IMG/VR virus record: IMGVR_UViG_3300027691_000002
Location: 1-56,045 of that record
Source of the DNA: a virus
Taxonomy: Duplodnaviria; Caudoviricetes
DNA length: 56,045 bases
Strand: one strand, 5' to 3'
Positions 25,094 through 35,873 of this stretch are shown in pieces. The first letter of the stretch is position 1, and every line of letters starts with the position of its first letter. The translations under genes were made by a program, and so were the position numbers. The notes beneath the pieces were generated by a model. That model did no database searches, was not told where the DNA came from, and saw nothing but the letters and a program-made list of their open reading frames with translations.

Positions 25094-25756
25094 TTAGTTA
25101 ACCTCCCACTTGTGGAACGCGTCATCCTTCAGCAGCATCTTGGTACGAGTCTTAGTCTCGTTGTTCCAGATGATGATCCCCTCAGCGTCTGCTGCCCTGT
25201 CGAACTGGAACATCGTGCCATCAAACCCAGGAATCTCAGACTTGACCGTCGTGGTCTTAGCTCCCTTGACCTTAGACCCGTAGGTGTCAAGATCCTGCAT
25301 AAGGTTGGGAATAGTCCAGACATCACACTGACCATGGTGAAGCAGAGGAACAGTCTCCAGGCCGTCTACACGCTCAAGGTCAAAGCCATTGGCCTCGGTG
25401 TACTTGGTTGCGTGGAACAGAGCAAACCGCTTGCCCTCAATCCCAAGCGGATTCTTCTGGATACCCTCACCATACCACTCACCGTAGTGATATCCGTACC
25501 CAAGGGTGTCCAGCAAAGCACCTGCGTTCTCGTAGACCCACCGAGCAAAGCCATAGTTGTCATCGTCCGGCGTGATCATATGCTTACGAGACTGTGCCTG
25601 AACCTTGCCATCCTGTGCAACAATACATGCGTTGGTGCCATCAATCTTCTCGGTGATAGTCTTGTTCTTATTCTCCCGAGTAGTAGAACCCCAGGACTTG
25701 AACTCACCAAAGGTGTCTTCCTTAATCAGTTCCATCGGATCAAGCAGTTGAGTCAT
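25094..25756 (-). CDS. RNA ligase, Rnl2-like adenylation domain
   Basis: TEKIDGTN (motif I), QSR, YGEWYG.GIQ, FALF and EGIII motifs. Confidence 0.8.
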   Translation of the reverse strand: MTQLLDPMELIKEDTFGEFKSWGSTTRENKNKTITEKIDGTNACIVAQDGKVQAQSRKHMITPDDDNYGFARWVYENAGALLDTLGYGYHYGEWYGEGIQKNPLGIEGKRFALFHATKYTEANGFDLERVDGLETVPLLHHGQCDVWTIPNLMQDLDTYGSKVKGAKTTTVKSEIPGFDGTMFQFDRAADAEGIIIWNNETKTRTKMLLKDDAFHKWEVN

Positions 25757-25766
25757 TTATCTCTCC

Positions 25767-26129
25767 TTAAAGTGCGTAGTCTTCATGATAGAAGCACCTG
25801 ACCTTGATGCGAGCCTTCACAGCCTTCTCAAGAGTAGTCATAGTGCCATTAGACATGTCCCTGATGAAGAACAGAGCAACATCAGGTCGTTGATTCACCA
25901 TCTCTAGGTTACGAATATGGGTTGCAGCCTTACCGTAGTCTGTGTAGTTGGGGTGATAATCAACAACCTCCCACCCCCAATTGACTGCCATTGACCTTGC
26001 CATCAGATCGGCCCCTCTGGCTGCGCCTTGAATAAGGCGGGTGCGATGCACTTCTTCGTCCCTAAGGGCCTTCCTGATGACAGAGTCCCAGATCCAAGTC
26101 CGAGACCCCGCCACCATTACCGTCTTCAC
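25767..26129 (-). CDS. SLOG / YspA-like (DUF2493) nucleotide-binding protein
   Basis: VMVAGSR.W, LIQGAARGAD, IRNLEMV, SNGT. Confidence 0.75.
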   Translation of the reverse strand: MKTVMVAGSRTWIWDSVIRKALRDEEVHRTRLIQGAARGADLMARSMAVNWGWEVVDYHPNYTDYGKAATHIRNLEMVNQRPDVALFFIRDMSNGTMTTLEKAVKARIKVRCFYHEDYAL

Positions 26130-26458
26130 TGCCGTCCGGCCAACTTCTGCATAGCATCGGCAACCTGCTGAGTCGCATAGTCGTTCTCATTCCAGAATCG
26201 ATCCTTCAGCTGAGAAGTCAAGTAGTTAATTGCTTCCCACTTGGTTCCGCTGTTCGCATCCTCAAGACGGTTGTAGTCCTCGAACGGTGACGGACACGAA
26301 CACCCACTGTCGCTAGCCCAGTAGTAAGTTCCGTCCTTGTCGATCCACACAACGGTCAGGTCAAAGTCATAGCACGGCTCAGACCACTCAACCTCTACCA
26401 CGACTTCAAGCCCAAACTTGTCCGGGTTGTAATACAGATCAGGCGTCATAAATCCCAT
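26126..26458 (-). CDS. actinophage hypothetical protein (DSGCSC motif)
   Basis: YYWASDSGCSCPSPFE; GGAGG RBS. Confidence 0.65.
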   Translation of the reverse strand: MGFMTPDLYYNPDKFGLEVVVEVEWSEPCYDFDLTVVWIDKDGTYYWASDSGCSCPSPFEDYNRLEDANSGTKWEAINYLTSQLKDRFWNENDYATQQVADAMQKLAGRQ

Positions 26459-26662
26459 CTAAATCTCCTCCCAGAGCAACGGCAAAGCCGTGCTCCTAGT
26501 GTCAAGCTTCCGCTTGACTCGTATGTTTGATGTGTATTGCTACAGTGGTGCACACTCCATCACACACCCAGACTGAGAACACATACTTGTCATCCTCAAT
26601 CGGCAGACCACATTTAGGGCATGTGATGAAGTGTGCAGACAATCTCGGTAGATCATCCATTG

Positions 26663-26992
26663 TTAGTCCTCGGTAAAGAAGTTCTCGATCTTGCCCTTGT
26701 AGATGTCGTTCACCTGGAATCCTTGAGGGAGTACAAGCTTTCCCTCAATCTTGTGGTGCTGATTCATGTACCCATTACCAAAGTTTCCGTGAGAAAGAAT
26801 AACCTGAAGTTCCCATTCATAGACAGTGTCGTCGGTAAACTCGTAGGTGTATTCCTCTCCTTCACTCTCGATCAAATCCCAGAGTTCATTCAAGGCATCT
26901 TGGTTACCATCAACCTGAAGCCAAAAACTCCAGGACTCACCTTCATGCTCGTTGTGCTCAACCATCTGAGTAAACGTTTTACTAGGTTTCAC
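26663..26992 (-). CDS. hypothetical acidic protein
   Basis: GTG start after GGAGG; EHNEHEGESWSFWLQ. Confidence 0.6.
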   Translation of the reverse strand: MKPSKTFTQMVEHNEHEGESWSFWLQVDGNQDALNELWDLIESEGEEYTYEFTDDTVYEWELQVILSHGNFGNGYMNQHHKIEGKLVLPQGFQVNDIYKGKIENFFTED

Positions 26993-27054
26993 GTTTGTCT
27001 TCCTCCCTTGGCACCCAGCACCCACAATTAGGAAACTCTGGGTGCCATTCACAC

Positions 27055-28875
27055 TTAGGCTGCTGCTCCATATCCATGCCCCCAGGACATTCCGTAGACA
27101 TCTGCATCCGTATCGATAAACACCTCACCCATCTGTTCTGACATCAACTTGGCCATGCGCTTAGCTCCCAAGTCAGCCACACCTTCAGGCAAAGACCCAA
27201 CAATCTCATCGTGAATAGGCAGCCTCATGTATGGAGTAAACCCAGCCTTGTGCAGCTTGATAAGACCCCTACAAGTAACATCACGAGAAGAAGACTGGAT
27301 CATATAGTTCAAAGCAGAATAACCACGACCCTCATCAACCGGAAGAACTCGGCCAGTCGGAGTGACAACATATCCCTGTGAATCTGCGAGGTGCATCAAC
27401 ACATCAGAATAAGCCTTTACTCCAGGGTACCTAGCATCGAATGCTTCAACCACACGCTTCGCCTGCATAAAGGTCAGACCAGTCTGTTCAGACACAGTCT
27501 TTGCTCCGCCACCATAGACCCTGCCGAAGTTCACTACCTTGGCGTATTTACGTTCAACAGATTCCTTGGTGATCTGATTGCCCCATGCTGCTTGAGCAGT
27601 CAGGAGGTGAAGGTCAAGGCCTTCCTTGAACGCACGGATCATAGTGATGTCACCGCTCAGTGCTGCCAATACCCTGAGTTCCTGTGCCTGGTAGTCAACC
27701 GAAACAATAGATTCTCCAGGGTCAGCAATAAAGCACCTACGGATAGTCCAGTCACCAGAAGGTAGTGTCTGGGCAGGAATGCCTGTGATTGACATACGTC
27801 CTGTACGAGCCTGAAGAGTGTTGATAGATGCGTGGCACCTACCATTCTCGTCCATGTTGTTCAGGAAGCCTTCAACCCAGGTGGTCCTCCACTTACGAGC
27901 CTTCTTTGCATCCGAGACAGCCTGAATGAAAGCCTTCTGCTTGTTGTTGCCAGTCATCAGGATCTTCTCAATTACCTTCTTGTCCACCTTGAGTTTGCCA
28001 GTGGGAGTCCGGTCCTTGAGTTTAACTCCCAGGTTGAGTAGAACTTCTGCAACCTGTTCGGTAGATCCAACATTCTCACAACCAAATGTGAGTGCTAGTT
28101 CTCGATTCTGTTCTTCGGTTTCTAGTAGTCTCTCGGCTAGCTCAAGACTGTAATCTTCATCGAGTAGGAATCCAGTCCGCTCGTAGTAAGAACAAATCTC
28201 GGCGACTTCGTGTTCAAATGCGATAAGAGGTCGCGCTGACTGTGGCACCAAAGAAGGTAGTTTTGACGCCAACCGGGCTGCAAGGATACCGTCCATTCCC
28301 GCATAAAGGTTGTACCATGGGTCATTGATATCCACCTTTTCCCAGATTTTGGTCTTGGTTGTCTTATACTTCTTTGCCAAGACAGACATCGAGCCCTTAA
28401 CCGTGTCGGCTACTTCAGCATCAATGTAGAACCTTGTGAGGTCTTCGAGTGAAGTACCAACGCCACCCTTTTCAGGAGCCCTTGGGTCAATCAGCATTGC
28501 ATACAACTTGGTGTCCATGACCTTAGGCCACAACTCTTCGAGGGTTACTCCAAGACACTTGTTGAATACCTGAAGGTCATACATGCCGTTCTGAAAGATG
28601 AGTTTATCTACAGCCCTGAGGGTCTGAATCACTACTTGAACAAACATGCCACCATACTCAACAGGGATAACCCATGCTTCATATGGAGTACCAAACTGCA
28701 CTAGTCGTAGCCTGAAGCCCTTGGCATAGATGTTCAGGCCTGTTGCTTCTGAGTCACAAGCAAGAACCTTAAGGTTCCTCCGAACGAAATCACGAAAAGG
28801 TTCGAGGTCTTCTTCGGTTTCGACTCGGTAAATCTTTACATTCTCACCAGCTACTCTGTAGTTGGCGATCCTCAA
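27055..28875 (-). CDS. polA: DNA polymerase I (family A) with 3'-5' exonuclease
   Basis: CDSEATGL exo I, ARTGRMS, VDYQAQELRVLA (A), RKYAKVVNFGRVYG (B), PIHDEI (C). Confidence 0.96.
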   Translation of the reverse strand: MRIANYRVAGENVKIYRVETEEDLEPFRDFVRRNLKVLACDSEATGLNIYAKGFRLRLVQFGTPYEAWVIPVEYGGMFVQVVIQTLRAVDKLIFQNGMYDLQVFNKCLGVTLEELWPKVMDTKLYAMLIDPRAPEKGGVGTSLEDLTRFYIDAEVADTVKGSMSVLAKKYKTTKTKIWEKVDINDPWYNLYAGMDGILAARLASKLPSLVPQSARPLIAFEHEVAEICSYYERTGFLLDEDYSLELAERLLETEEQNRELALTFGCENVGSTEQVAEVLLNLGVKLKDRTPTGKLKVDKKVIEKILMTGNNKQKAFIQAVSDAKKARKWRTTWVEGFLNNMDENGRCHASINTLQARTGRMSITGIPAQTLPSGDWTIRRCFIADPGESIVSVDYQAQELRVLAALSGDITMIRAFKEGLDLHLLTAQAAWGNQITKESVERKYAKVVNFGRVYGGGAKTVSEQTGLTFMQAKRVVEAFDARYPGVKAYSDVLMHLADSQGYVVTPTGRVLPVDEGRGYSALNYMIQSSSRDVTCRGLIKLHKAGFTPYMRLPIHDEIVGSLPEGVADLGAKRMAKLMSEQMGEVFIDTDADVYGMSWGHGYGAAA

Positions 28876-29409
28876 CTAGACGTCTCCGTTCTCCCCACCA
28901 GTCTTCTCGTTGTCCTTCTCAGTTCCCATACTTCTCTCCAATGTCCTGTACTTAGCCAAATACTCCACTGCTGAAAGCAGTACTTGGATGCTGTCTCCCG
29001 CCTTTCCCAGTAGATGATTACATGACATGCACAAGATCCCACGGATGCACTTACCGCAGGACTTGTATCCAGGACAACACCCATGATCGTGGTCTACGTG
29101 TGCATGCTTTCCCGGCAAGATATCTTTGGAGCAGATGGCACATCGATAACCCTGTTGCAGGAACAGGCCCAAATAGGCCTGTTGTGTTAGGTTGTATTTG
29201 TGCCTGAAATAAATTTCCCTGCTCTGCTCCAGGGTCCTTGATCCTCGTTGATTCTTTGCGTATTGTCTGAACTTATCTGAGTTCAAGTGATAGTATTTCG
29301 ACTTACAGTCCCTACATTGCGAGTCTTTCCCATCTTTAGCCCTGGAGTTTTTGTTGAACTCACACAAGCCCTTCAGTTCTTTACACTTAGAGCAAGACTT
29401 AGCTTCCAT
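28876..29409 (-). CDS. free-standing HNH / endonuclease VII-family homing endonuclease
   Basis: CSKC..CRDC N-domain; CAIC, HVDHDH.CC...SCGKCIRGILC..CN; sits between thyX and polA. Confidence 0.85.
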   Translation of the reverse strand: MEAKSCSKCKELKGLCEFNKNSRAKDGKDSQCRDCKSKYYHLNSDKFRQYAKNQRGSRTLEQSREIYFRHKYNLTQQAYLGLFLQQGYRCAICSKDILPGKHAHVDHDHGCCPGYKSCGKCIRGILCMSCNHLLGKAGDSIQVLLSAVEYLAKYRTLERSMGTEKDNEKTGGENGDV

Positions 29410-30121
29410 ACATTTCCGATGGGATATCTTGGACGCTGTTTGGGCACAGTACGCAAAGATGTTTTAGGATTTCTTTGGAGAAATTCTGGATCTCCTTATC
29501 GGCTGCGAGGTGGTACCTCTTGAACAACACATCCCTCCATGCCCTGATGTTTCCAGTGACAACCAATGGAGTGTCCGTCATGTTGGGAAGTACAGCCCTT
29601 GCTGCTTCTCGTGCCTCCTTGCGTTTATAGCCATGCTCAACAAACAACTCAACTAGATTATTGTACAACTCTAGTCCAGCATTCCAGTGTTGCTTCAAGT
29701 CTGCTTCGGTCCAAGCTTGGTCGCTAGGAGGTAGAAGTCCTACAATTGGAGGAATGACAGGCATCAAGTCATTCGCATCGACATACCTTTGAGATACAAC
29801 GGACAAGCTCAAATGACGGTGACGAGATAGTTCCGCCAGAAGACTCCTGGAGACACCTTCCACATAGAAAGTGACACTTCCATGTTCCATCACTGAGAAG
29901 TGCTGCTGTGAAATGATATTGTGCAAGTATCCATGGTTGGTCGCTGTCTTGGGTGATGGTCGGTGCCATGACTGATAACAGTTCCTTCCTGCCAACTCGG
30001 CTAGCTCATCAATATCTGCTGGCACACTTTCTACCTCGAACATCTGATGTTGTTTGTAGGGAGTCTCAGTATTGATGGCATGATCAAACAACTTGGTTGC
30101 TGCGATAGGAATTACCTTCAT
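29399..30121 (-). CDS. thyX: flavin-dependent thymidylate synthase
   Basis: HFSVMEH, RHRHLSLSVVSQR ThyX motif, EAARAVLP, TGNIRAW. Confidence 0.95.
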   Translation of the reverse strand: MKVIPIAATKLFDHAINTETPYKQHQMFEVESVPADIDELAELAGRNCYQSWHRPSPKTATNHGYLHNIISQQHFSVMEHGSVTFYVEGVSRSLLAELSRHRHLSLSVVSQRYVDANDLMPVIPPIVGLLPPSDQAWTEADLKQHWNAGLELYNNLVELFVEHGYKRKEAREAARAVLPNMTDTPLVVTGNIRAWRDVLFKRYHLAADKEIQNFSKEILKHLCVLCPNSVQDIPSEMYGS

Positions 30122-30138
30122 TTATCTCCTTACAGAGG

Positions 30139-30160
30139 GGGAGGCCCCGAAGGGCCTCCC
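30139..30160 (-). other. stable UUCG hairpin upstream of the thyX RBS (no U tract)
   Basis: minus strand GGGAGGCCC-TTCG-GGGCCTCCC. Confidence 0.6.
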
Positions 30161-30168
30161 AGCATCAA

Positions 30169-30768
30169 TTACTTACCGAAGTCGTTATCCCACACACGAC
30201 CACCACGGCAGTTCTTGGGATCAACCTTGCAGTCAAAGCCACCCCACATCTTGCCATTCTTACCAAGGCCCGTCTTGAACTCCATCTCACCATGCTCACA
30301 GAATTCCTTACGACCCTTCGGGTGCTCGCTAGCCTGCGAAGGACGGCCCTGAGAGCGATTCTGAGAGCCTGAACTACCCTGGCTGGTGTTACCACCCCCG
30401 GAAGAGGGGTTTGAGCCTTCCTGGAACGTCTCAGAGGCCCTCTTGGTCCAGTCCATGAGAGTCTTGAAGTCAGGGTCCTGCATGGTACGCAGAACATCTG
30501 CCGGAGTGTCACCCTTCAAGACAATCCAACCAGCTTCGTAACCCTTGTGCTGCTTGATGGTCACCGAAAGCCGGTCACCCGTGTACTCATCCACCTTCTT
30601 AGCCTCCGTCTTAGTTTCAGTAACAGTATTCTTCACTTCAGTTTCGGTGTCTTCGACTTCCCACGGAGGAGTATCCGTGTCTGCCGCATCTCCACCAGGC
30701 TCGGTATCCTGGTCCGGCGCAAACGGATCAATCTCTGGTTCTACAATCTTCTTTGCACGAGGTGGCAC
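30169..30768 (-). CDS. cluster-A-like conserved protein with C-terminal zinc finger
   Basis: GTG start after GGAGG; acidic N-terminus, Gly/Ser linker, CEHGEM.FKTG...W..F.C. Confidence 0.7.
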   Translation of the reverse strand: MPPRAKKIVEPEIDPFAPDQDTEPGGDAADTDTPPWEVEDTETEVKNTVTETKTEAKKVDEYTGDRLSVTIKQHKGYEAGWIVLKGDTPADVLRTMQDPDFKTLMDWTKRASETFQEGSNPSSGGGNTSQGSSGSQNRSQGRPSQASEHPKGRKEFCEHGEMEFKTGLGKNGKMWGGFDCKVDPKNCRGGRVWDNDFGK

Positions 30769-30898
30769 TTGGTTTTCCTCCTGATATATTTTGATCAATG
30801 ATTCTCTGCTGAACCTACCTAAAGGTTCAGCCTCTTGTAAATCTCTTAGGCCATCAACTGAAGCACAGTCATACCACTTACCATCCTTCAGTATGAAC

Positions 30899-32938
30899 CT
30901 ATCGAACTGGACACGCGCCGGTTGCGCACTCATCATCAACCGATGCATCAACAGACTTGGCTGCCGACAATTCGTAATCCATCTTGGTGATTCGAGTGTA
31001 TGGGCTCTGCGGGATAGACTTCTCAGGGAACACGGTCATACCCTTTAGTTTCGGTCCGAACTCCAAGATATGATTCATGATGTCGTCAACGGTGTACAGA
31101 CTAGGGTCGATATTGGCTGTGAAACTCACGGCGTTATCTGCCCAGCACCTCTGATACATCTCCTGGAATGTCAGCATCTCATCCAAGGTCAGCTCCGCCG
31201 CAGACTCTACAACCTTTTCTGGGTCAAATCCGTTATCCAATACCTGGTCCATGAGGATATCCTTGGTTGGGATAGTCACAATCATGGTGTTTTCTTCCAC
31301 CAAAGAAGGTTCTACATGGTAGCCCCGGTTTACATAATCCATGCAAGTTTCCCACTGATCAGGATCAAGAGTAGAGAACCTGATTCGCCTGTCAAAATAC
31401 TTGGCAAAGATTGGATGAATTCCCTCACTTACTCCAGGCATCTTGGCAATAGAACCAGTAGGTGCAACGGTCCTAGTCTTGACGGGTACTGGAATCCTCA
31501 GCTGATGAGCATACTGAATAGCTGCTTCCTCAACTTGTTCTGCCCACTCCCAGAGCCAGTGTTCAAGAATCTCTGGGGAACTATACTTGATCCCTCGCAT
31601 AGCCAAAGCAGACGCAACACCAAGGTGACCAACACCAATACGGCGATTCCTAAGCAACACCTCAGACTGTTTCTGATCATTGACGTCTCCAAAGGTGGCT
31701 CGGATAAGGAACCTAGTCATATACATGTGGGCTTCATGAATCTCCCCACGGTACCACGGAGTATCAAACGCGGCTAGATTTACATGTCCTAGGTTGCAGT
31801 TCTCCCAGGCTTCCAACGTGATCTCACCGCATGGATTGGTGCAGATAACTTCGTTGGGTTCGTTTGCCTGTGACAGCGAGTAGTTCCAGAATCCAGGTTC
31901 GCCATTGTGCAACATTCCCTCAGCGATGGCCCTAAGAACAAACCAGGCTGACATGTCTACAGCATGCCCCTTGATTACCGACTCTTCAATCTTTTTCATC
32001 TGATCAAAGAATTCGTCATCAATGACTACTGAAATGTTGGTAGTCCAGTGGTCACCATTAGTCTTGCACTTGATGAATTCCAGACTCTGCGGGTCACTCC
32101 AATGCATCATAGACATGCGGGCTGAACGCCTAACCCCACCCGATACCACACAGTTAGCAATAGCATGGTCAATCTTCATTGCATCAATGCCTGTGACTAG
32201 ACCTCGATTATCTGTAGGACTCCTGCCTACGGATGCAGTGTTTAGAATCTCTGCTACTTCAATCAGCATTTTGGCTAGCGGGAGAGGACCAGAAGCCCTA
32301 CCCCCAAAGGTTTTTAGCCTTGCACCTTCTTCACGAACCCTCGACACGTCATAGACACGGTTTTGGTTCGCAGCCTTACGTCCGTAAGTATCCACCAAAT
32401 CAACCAGAGCAGAAGCCCAGCCTTCCCTGGAATCTTCGATGTCAAAGGCACCCTGCCACTCGGACGTGTATTCCTTTGAGAGCACACCTGCTGCCTCCAT
32501 CTTTAGATAGTCAGGATGACCAGGATCGCAAACAATGTGCACCATGTAAGGTCCTCCCGCCAAAGCAGGATACTTGTTCAAATATGAATTGGAATAGTTG
32601 GCACCAACGCCACCTCCTTCCATCAACCTCATGAAGGTGAACTCGAAGTGATCAGATAGCTTCTCTCCCCAACCTGACACATGACAGTTGAAGAGGTACT
32701 GCCTGCCCTTCACACCAGAAGCCCACAAGTGCCTGCCACCTGGGATCAGTTTGAACTCGGTAATGAGTTTAATCAAAGCCTCACGCTCACCCTTGAGGTG
32801 GTATTTCTCAGGGACCAGCGCGAGGTTTCCACTGACTACTCGTTCAACTGTCTCAGGCCAGGTCTCTTTACTCCCGTCCGGCTTGGGCCTTGAATATGTC
32901 CGTTCATAGACCACCTTACCAGTTTCGGTCAGTTCCAA
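30899..32938 (-). CDS. nrdJ: class II (adenosylcobalamin) ribonucleotide reductase
   Basis: [33 protein letters not shown]-terminal CATGACP; no small subunit. Confidence 0.93.
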   Translation of the reverse strand: MELTETGKVVYERTYSRPKPDGSKETWPETVERVVSGNLALVPEKYHLKGEREALIKLITEFKLIPGGRHLWASGVKGRQYLFNCHVSGWGEKLSDHFEFTFMRLMEGGGVGANYSNSYLNKYPALAGGPYMVHIVCDPGHPDYLKMEAAGVLSKEYTSEWQGAFDIEDSREGWASALVDLVDTYGRKAANQNRVYDVSRVREEGARLKTFGGRASGPLPLAKMLIEVAEILNTASVGRSPTDNRGLVTGIDAMKIDHAIANCVVSGGVRRSARMSMMHWSDPQSLEFIKCKTNGDHWTTNISVVIDDEFFDQMKKIEESVIKGHAVDMSAWFVLRAIAEGMLHNGEPGFWNYSLSQANEPNEVICTNPCGEITLEAWENCNLGHVNLAAFDTPWYRGEIHEAHMYMTRFLIRATFGDVNDQKQSEVLLRNRRIGVGHLGVASALAMRGIKYSSPEILEHWLWEWAEQVEEAAIQYAHQLRIPVPVKTRTVAPTGSIAKMPGVSEGIHPIFAKYFDRRIRFSTLDPDQWETCMDYVNRGYHVEPSLVEENTMIVTIPTKDILMDQVLDNGFDPEKVVESAAELTLDEMLTFQEMYQRCWADNAVSFTANIDPSLYTVDDIMNHILEFGPKLKGMTVFPEKSIPQSPYTRITKMDYELSAAKSVDASVDDECATGACPVR

Positions 32939-33498
32939 GAGTTGTCCTTTCGTGCGATAGCCTGGGAGTTGGTCAATACCTTACGAGATCCAGGCCCCTC
33001 GTAGGAATACCTTGCTGCCTTGTTGACCTGATTCATCAACATCGATAGCTTGTCTACAGCCTTAGTAGTGGTGCTGGTATTGGACTCTGTACCATTAACC
33101 CATTTATCAATGACTGCCTTGAAGTATCCTGGTGCATCAGTCTTTAGCATCAGAAGGCCCTCAACTAGATCAACATGTTCAGAGATGGCTTCAATAGTCA
33201 CATCAATTAGATACTCATTAAGCAGCCCCCTAACCTCTCCTGGGCTGTAGGTGTAGTTTCCAGAATAGTATTCAAGTGCAGAGTTCTGCTTATATGCTTC
33301 CTGCTTACCAATACGCTTCAGTGATTGGAACGGGTCTTCCTGCGCGCACAAGGTATCATAGTAATTGGTGTCTTCAAGGAGTCGAACCCAAATGTCCTGC
33401 TCTACATCGTCCGCTTCAATCTGGTTGATGCCACTAGACACAGACCTAGCAGCCTTCTTCACCTTCTCTCGGAAGTCATCCGTGATTGTAATCGTCAT
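32929..33498 (-). CDS. sigma-factor-like DNA-binding protein
   Basis: [14 protein letters not shown] (region 2-like), [16 protein letters not shown]; cluster-A-like synteny. Confidence 0.6.
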   Translation of the reverse strand: MTITITDDFREKVKKAARSVSSGINQIEADDVEQDIWVRLLEDTNYYDTLCAQEDPFQSLKRIGKQEAYKQNSALEYYSGNYTYSPGEVRGLLNEYLIDVTIEAISEHVDLVEGLLMLKTDAPGYFKAVIDKWVNGTESNTSTTTKAVDKLSMLMNQVNKAARYSYEGPGSRKVLTNSQAIARKDNSWN

Positions 33499-34245
33499 TT
33501 ACTTGCTCCTAAACTCTGTGAACTTCTCGGCAGTCTTGTAGGAAAACCACCCACCACAGTCTTTGCACCAGCACTGCTGATATTTTGCAAAGGTGGTAGT
33601 GTAATACCCACGTCGCTGGAAGTTCATTGATCCACACCTTGTGCATCCTTCTACATCATCTTCAGAGAAGACATTGATATTAGGATGAACCTTAATCCAG
33701 GGTAGGATTGCGGTGTAAAGCTGCTCGGTCAGCACAACATCTTGCTTGTTGTACTCACGCATCTTAGACCACGCATCGATGTCACCATTCATGCAGTCAA
33801 TCCACAATTGGAAACCAGAATGAGCAACCTTCTCGCCAATCCTTAGACTGGAGGCGACATCGTTTAGCTTGTTTGAAGGGAACTTAAACCTTCGCTTGAT
33901 GATTTGGTAGAGGTCCAAGTGCTGATAAGGAGATGGAACCATACGTGTGTCCTGGAGAATCATCTCAGTTTCAAGATGAGGCACGTCAAACGTCTTACCA
34001 TTGTAAGTCACCAGAATATCTGCCTGATCAAGCAGCCGGTAAGCCTGCTTGACCATCACATGATGACCATCATGGAAGTCGGAATAGTACATCACCTCGT
34101 TGCTATCCAACCACTTGGCAGAAAAACAGCAAACACTCTTCAGGTCTTTGATCTGAATCATGTTGATGTCTTGCTTCCACCTATCCCAGAAGTAACCTAG
34201 ATGAGGAAAGGTTTCGATGTCTACAGTCAGGATTTTTGCGGTCAT
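33499..34245 (-). CDS. DnaQ / RNase H-like exonuclease with C-terminal Zn ribbon
   Basis: VDIET, TYNGKTFD, HLDLY, YNKQDV, CTRC..CKDC. Confidence 0.82.
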   Translation of the reverse strand: MTAKILTVDIETFPHLGYFWDRWKQDINMIQIKDLKSVCCFSAKWLDSNEVMYYSDFHDGHHVMVKQAYRLLDQADILVTYNGKTFDVPHLETEMILQDTRMVPSPYQHLDLYQIIKRRFKFPSNKLNDVASSLRIGEKVAHSGFQLWIDCMNGDIDAWSKMREYNKQDVVLTEQLYTAILPWIKVHPNINVFSEDDVEGCTRCGSMNFQRRGYYTTTFAKYQQCWCKDCGGWFSYKTAEKFTEFRSK

Positions 34246-34248
34246 GTA

Positions 34249-34668
34249 TCACTTCCCAACCTGAAGGATAGTCCAATCAAAGTCGTCCTTAAAGTAAGAC
34301 CAGTTGAACGGATCGGATGACTTGGCCACATCAAGGCTGCCTAGCACCTTGATCCACTCCCATAGACCATCCTCACGCTTTACCGCAATGTCACGGTACT
34401 CAGAAGAGTCCTGGACCCTAGATCCAACAGGCATGTCAGGGCTCTCAGAGCCCTTGGGGATTACCTGGCCAACATACCATGTGGAAGCGGGCTCAAGTCG
34501 CCCTGCATCCTGCTTATCAACTCCAAGGAACTTGTTCAATTCATCTCGCAGATCACCAGCATTCTTCTGATCAAGGTGAATCTGTACGCCACCTGCCTCC
34601 AGGACAAACAGAACAGCTCCGTAAAACTCGTCTACCACAACAACCTCACGGTCTTCATTCACTAGCAA
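34249..34668 (-). CDS. hypothetical protein
   Basis: coupled ORF in operon. Confidence 0.6.
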   Translation of the reverse strand: MLVNEDREVVVVDEFYGAVLFVLEAGGVQIHLDQKNAGDLRDELNKFLGVDKQDAGRLEPASTWYVGQVIPKGSESPDMPVGSRVQDSSEYRDIAVKREDGLWEWIKVLGSLDVAKSSDPFNWSYFKDDFDWTILQVGK

Positions 34669-35185
34669 TCTCCTCTTCGTCTGGGATAATGTCTACAGCC
34701 TTCAGTGCCTCACGAAGACGCCTGATACGAATGAACAACATGGTCAAGTAATTCGGAATGTCCCTGAGTTCCTCTTCAATGTACTCAAACAGGTCATCCA
34801 GGTCCATCACTTCAAACTTCTGATATCCACCTTCAGAATACTGCTGGTTGCCCACACCCTTGATTCGATTAGTGCAGTCAGTAATAAACTGTTGAGCATA
34901 CTCAGCCAACTCTTCAGAAGAAAGACCGAATCCCTTCAGCTTGTCCATGATGTCAGACCCAGATGCCTGCTCTTGAATCTTCACATTGATGACCTGGTCC
35001 ATGGTAAACATGGGTTCGATCTCATCGACGTCCTTGTAGGTGGAAAGTCCCCCTAGATCAATCTCCCACTTCTCCATCATGGCATCCCAAGTAGCAACAC
35101 GGCCCACTTCACCGATGTACTTACCCGCCTTGATGACAACAGACCTACCTGGTTCTACCAGGAAAGAAAAATCACTCATGCCCAA
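34655..35185 (-). CDS. KOW-like N-domain plus helical EExxD domain (possible NTP pyrophosphatase fold)
   Basis: VVIKAGKYIGEVGRV; RIKGVG.QQY...QKFE...EEELRDIPNY. Confidence 0.5.
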   Translation of the reverse strand: MGMSDFSFLVEPGRSVVIKAGKYIGEVGRVATWDAMMEKWEIDLGGLSTYKDVDEIEPMFTMDQVINVKIQEQASGSDIMDKLKGFGLSSEELAEYAQQFITDCTNRIKGVGNQQYSEGGYQKFEVMDLDDLFEYIEEELRDIPNYLTMLFIRIRRLREALKAVDIIPDEEEIASE

Positions 35186-35873
35186 TTCCCTTCAACAAGG
35201 CACTCTTACCAAACTTGAGTACCATAGAGTTAACATCCTCGCCGTCTGGCATCTTGATAATTCGTAGCTTATCGCCCATACCATCCGACAACTTCTTGGC
35301 CAGACCTTCACCCCAGGTATCACCATCAGCAAAGATCCACACAGTCTTAAACCCCTTGAAGAGTCGGTAGTAATGATCCTTCCAGTTCTTTACACCAGGC
35401 ACTGCTACCGCAGGGATGCCACAGAGATGTGCAGTAATAGCATCCAGCTCACCTTCGCAAATGGCCACATGGTTGTCACTGTTTTGGATGTCCAACGTGT
35501 TGAACAGGTGCGTGTTAGCCCCTGGGTGAGCCATGTACTTACCAATTCGAGGGTGCACCTCCTCGCAGTTATGTTTCTGGATACACCTGAACTTCATGGT
35601 TGCGATAGACCAGCCCTTCAGAGGGCCAGACTTGCTAGGACCCAACCTGAGATACGGGATGGCCAACCAGTTCTGATACATCTCATGTCCAGGCAAGGGG
35701 TTTTCAACGAATCCAATCCGGAAACGTGAAAGAGCCTCTTGGTTTTCTGGGGTTAGCAGTCCCCGACTTTCCAAATACTCTTCTGCGGGGCTTCCCGGAA
35801 GACTTTCGTGATACTCTTTCGTAGCTTTTGCCAAGAATGTCTTCAGCTCTTCGCTTTGAATCTTGAAATCCAC
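35172..35873 (-). CDS. DNA primase, TOPRIM part
   Basis: YLESRGL, LAIPY, KYM, ICEGELD, AVPG, FADGD, DVN. Confidence 0.9.
   Translation of the reverse strand: MDFKIQSEELKTFLAKATKEYHESLPGSPAEEYLESRGLLTPENQEALSRFRIGFVENPLPGHEMYQNWLAIPYLRLGPSKSGPLKGWSIATMKFRCIQKHNCEEVHPRIGKYMAHPGANTHLFNTLDIQNSDNHVAICEGELDAITAHLCGIPAVAVPGVKNWKDHYYRLFKGFKTVWIFADGDTWGEGLAKKLSDGMGDKLRIIKMPDGEDVNSMVLKFGKSALLKGIGHE

Noticed and set aside
24968-25801. Long plus-strand ORFs in the right arm (also 31070-31777, 46873-47511, 49881-50429, 51189-51869) and minus-strand 10657-11316
   Set aside because: Antisense shadows of well-supported genes caused by codon bias; no motifs recognised
30769-30951. N-terminal 61 codons of ORF 30169-30951
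   Set aside because: Overlaps the nrdJ end and an intergenic hairpin; a strong GGAGG precedes GTG at 30768
27055-32938. Inteins or introns in polA, nrdJ or terL
   Set aside because: Protein lengths and motif spacing are normal; no splice motifs seen
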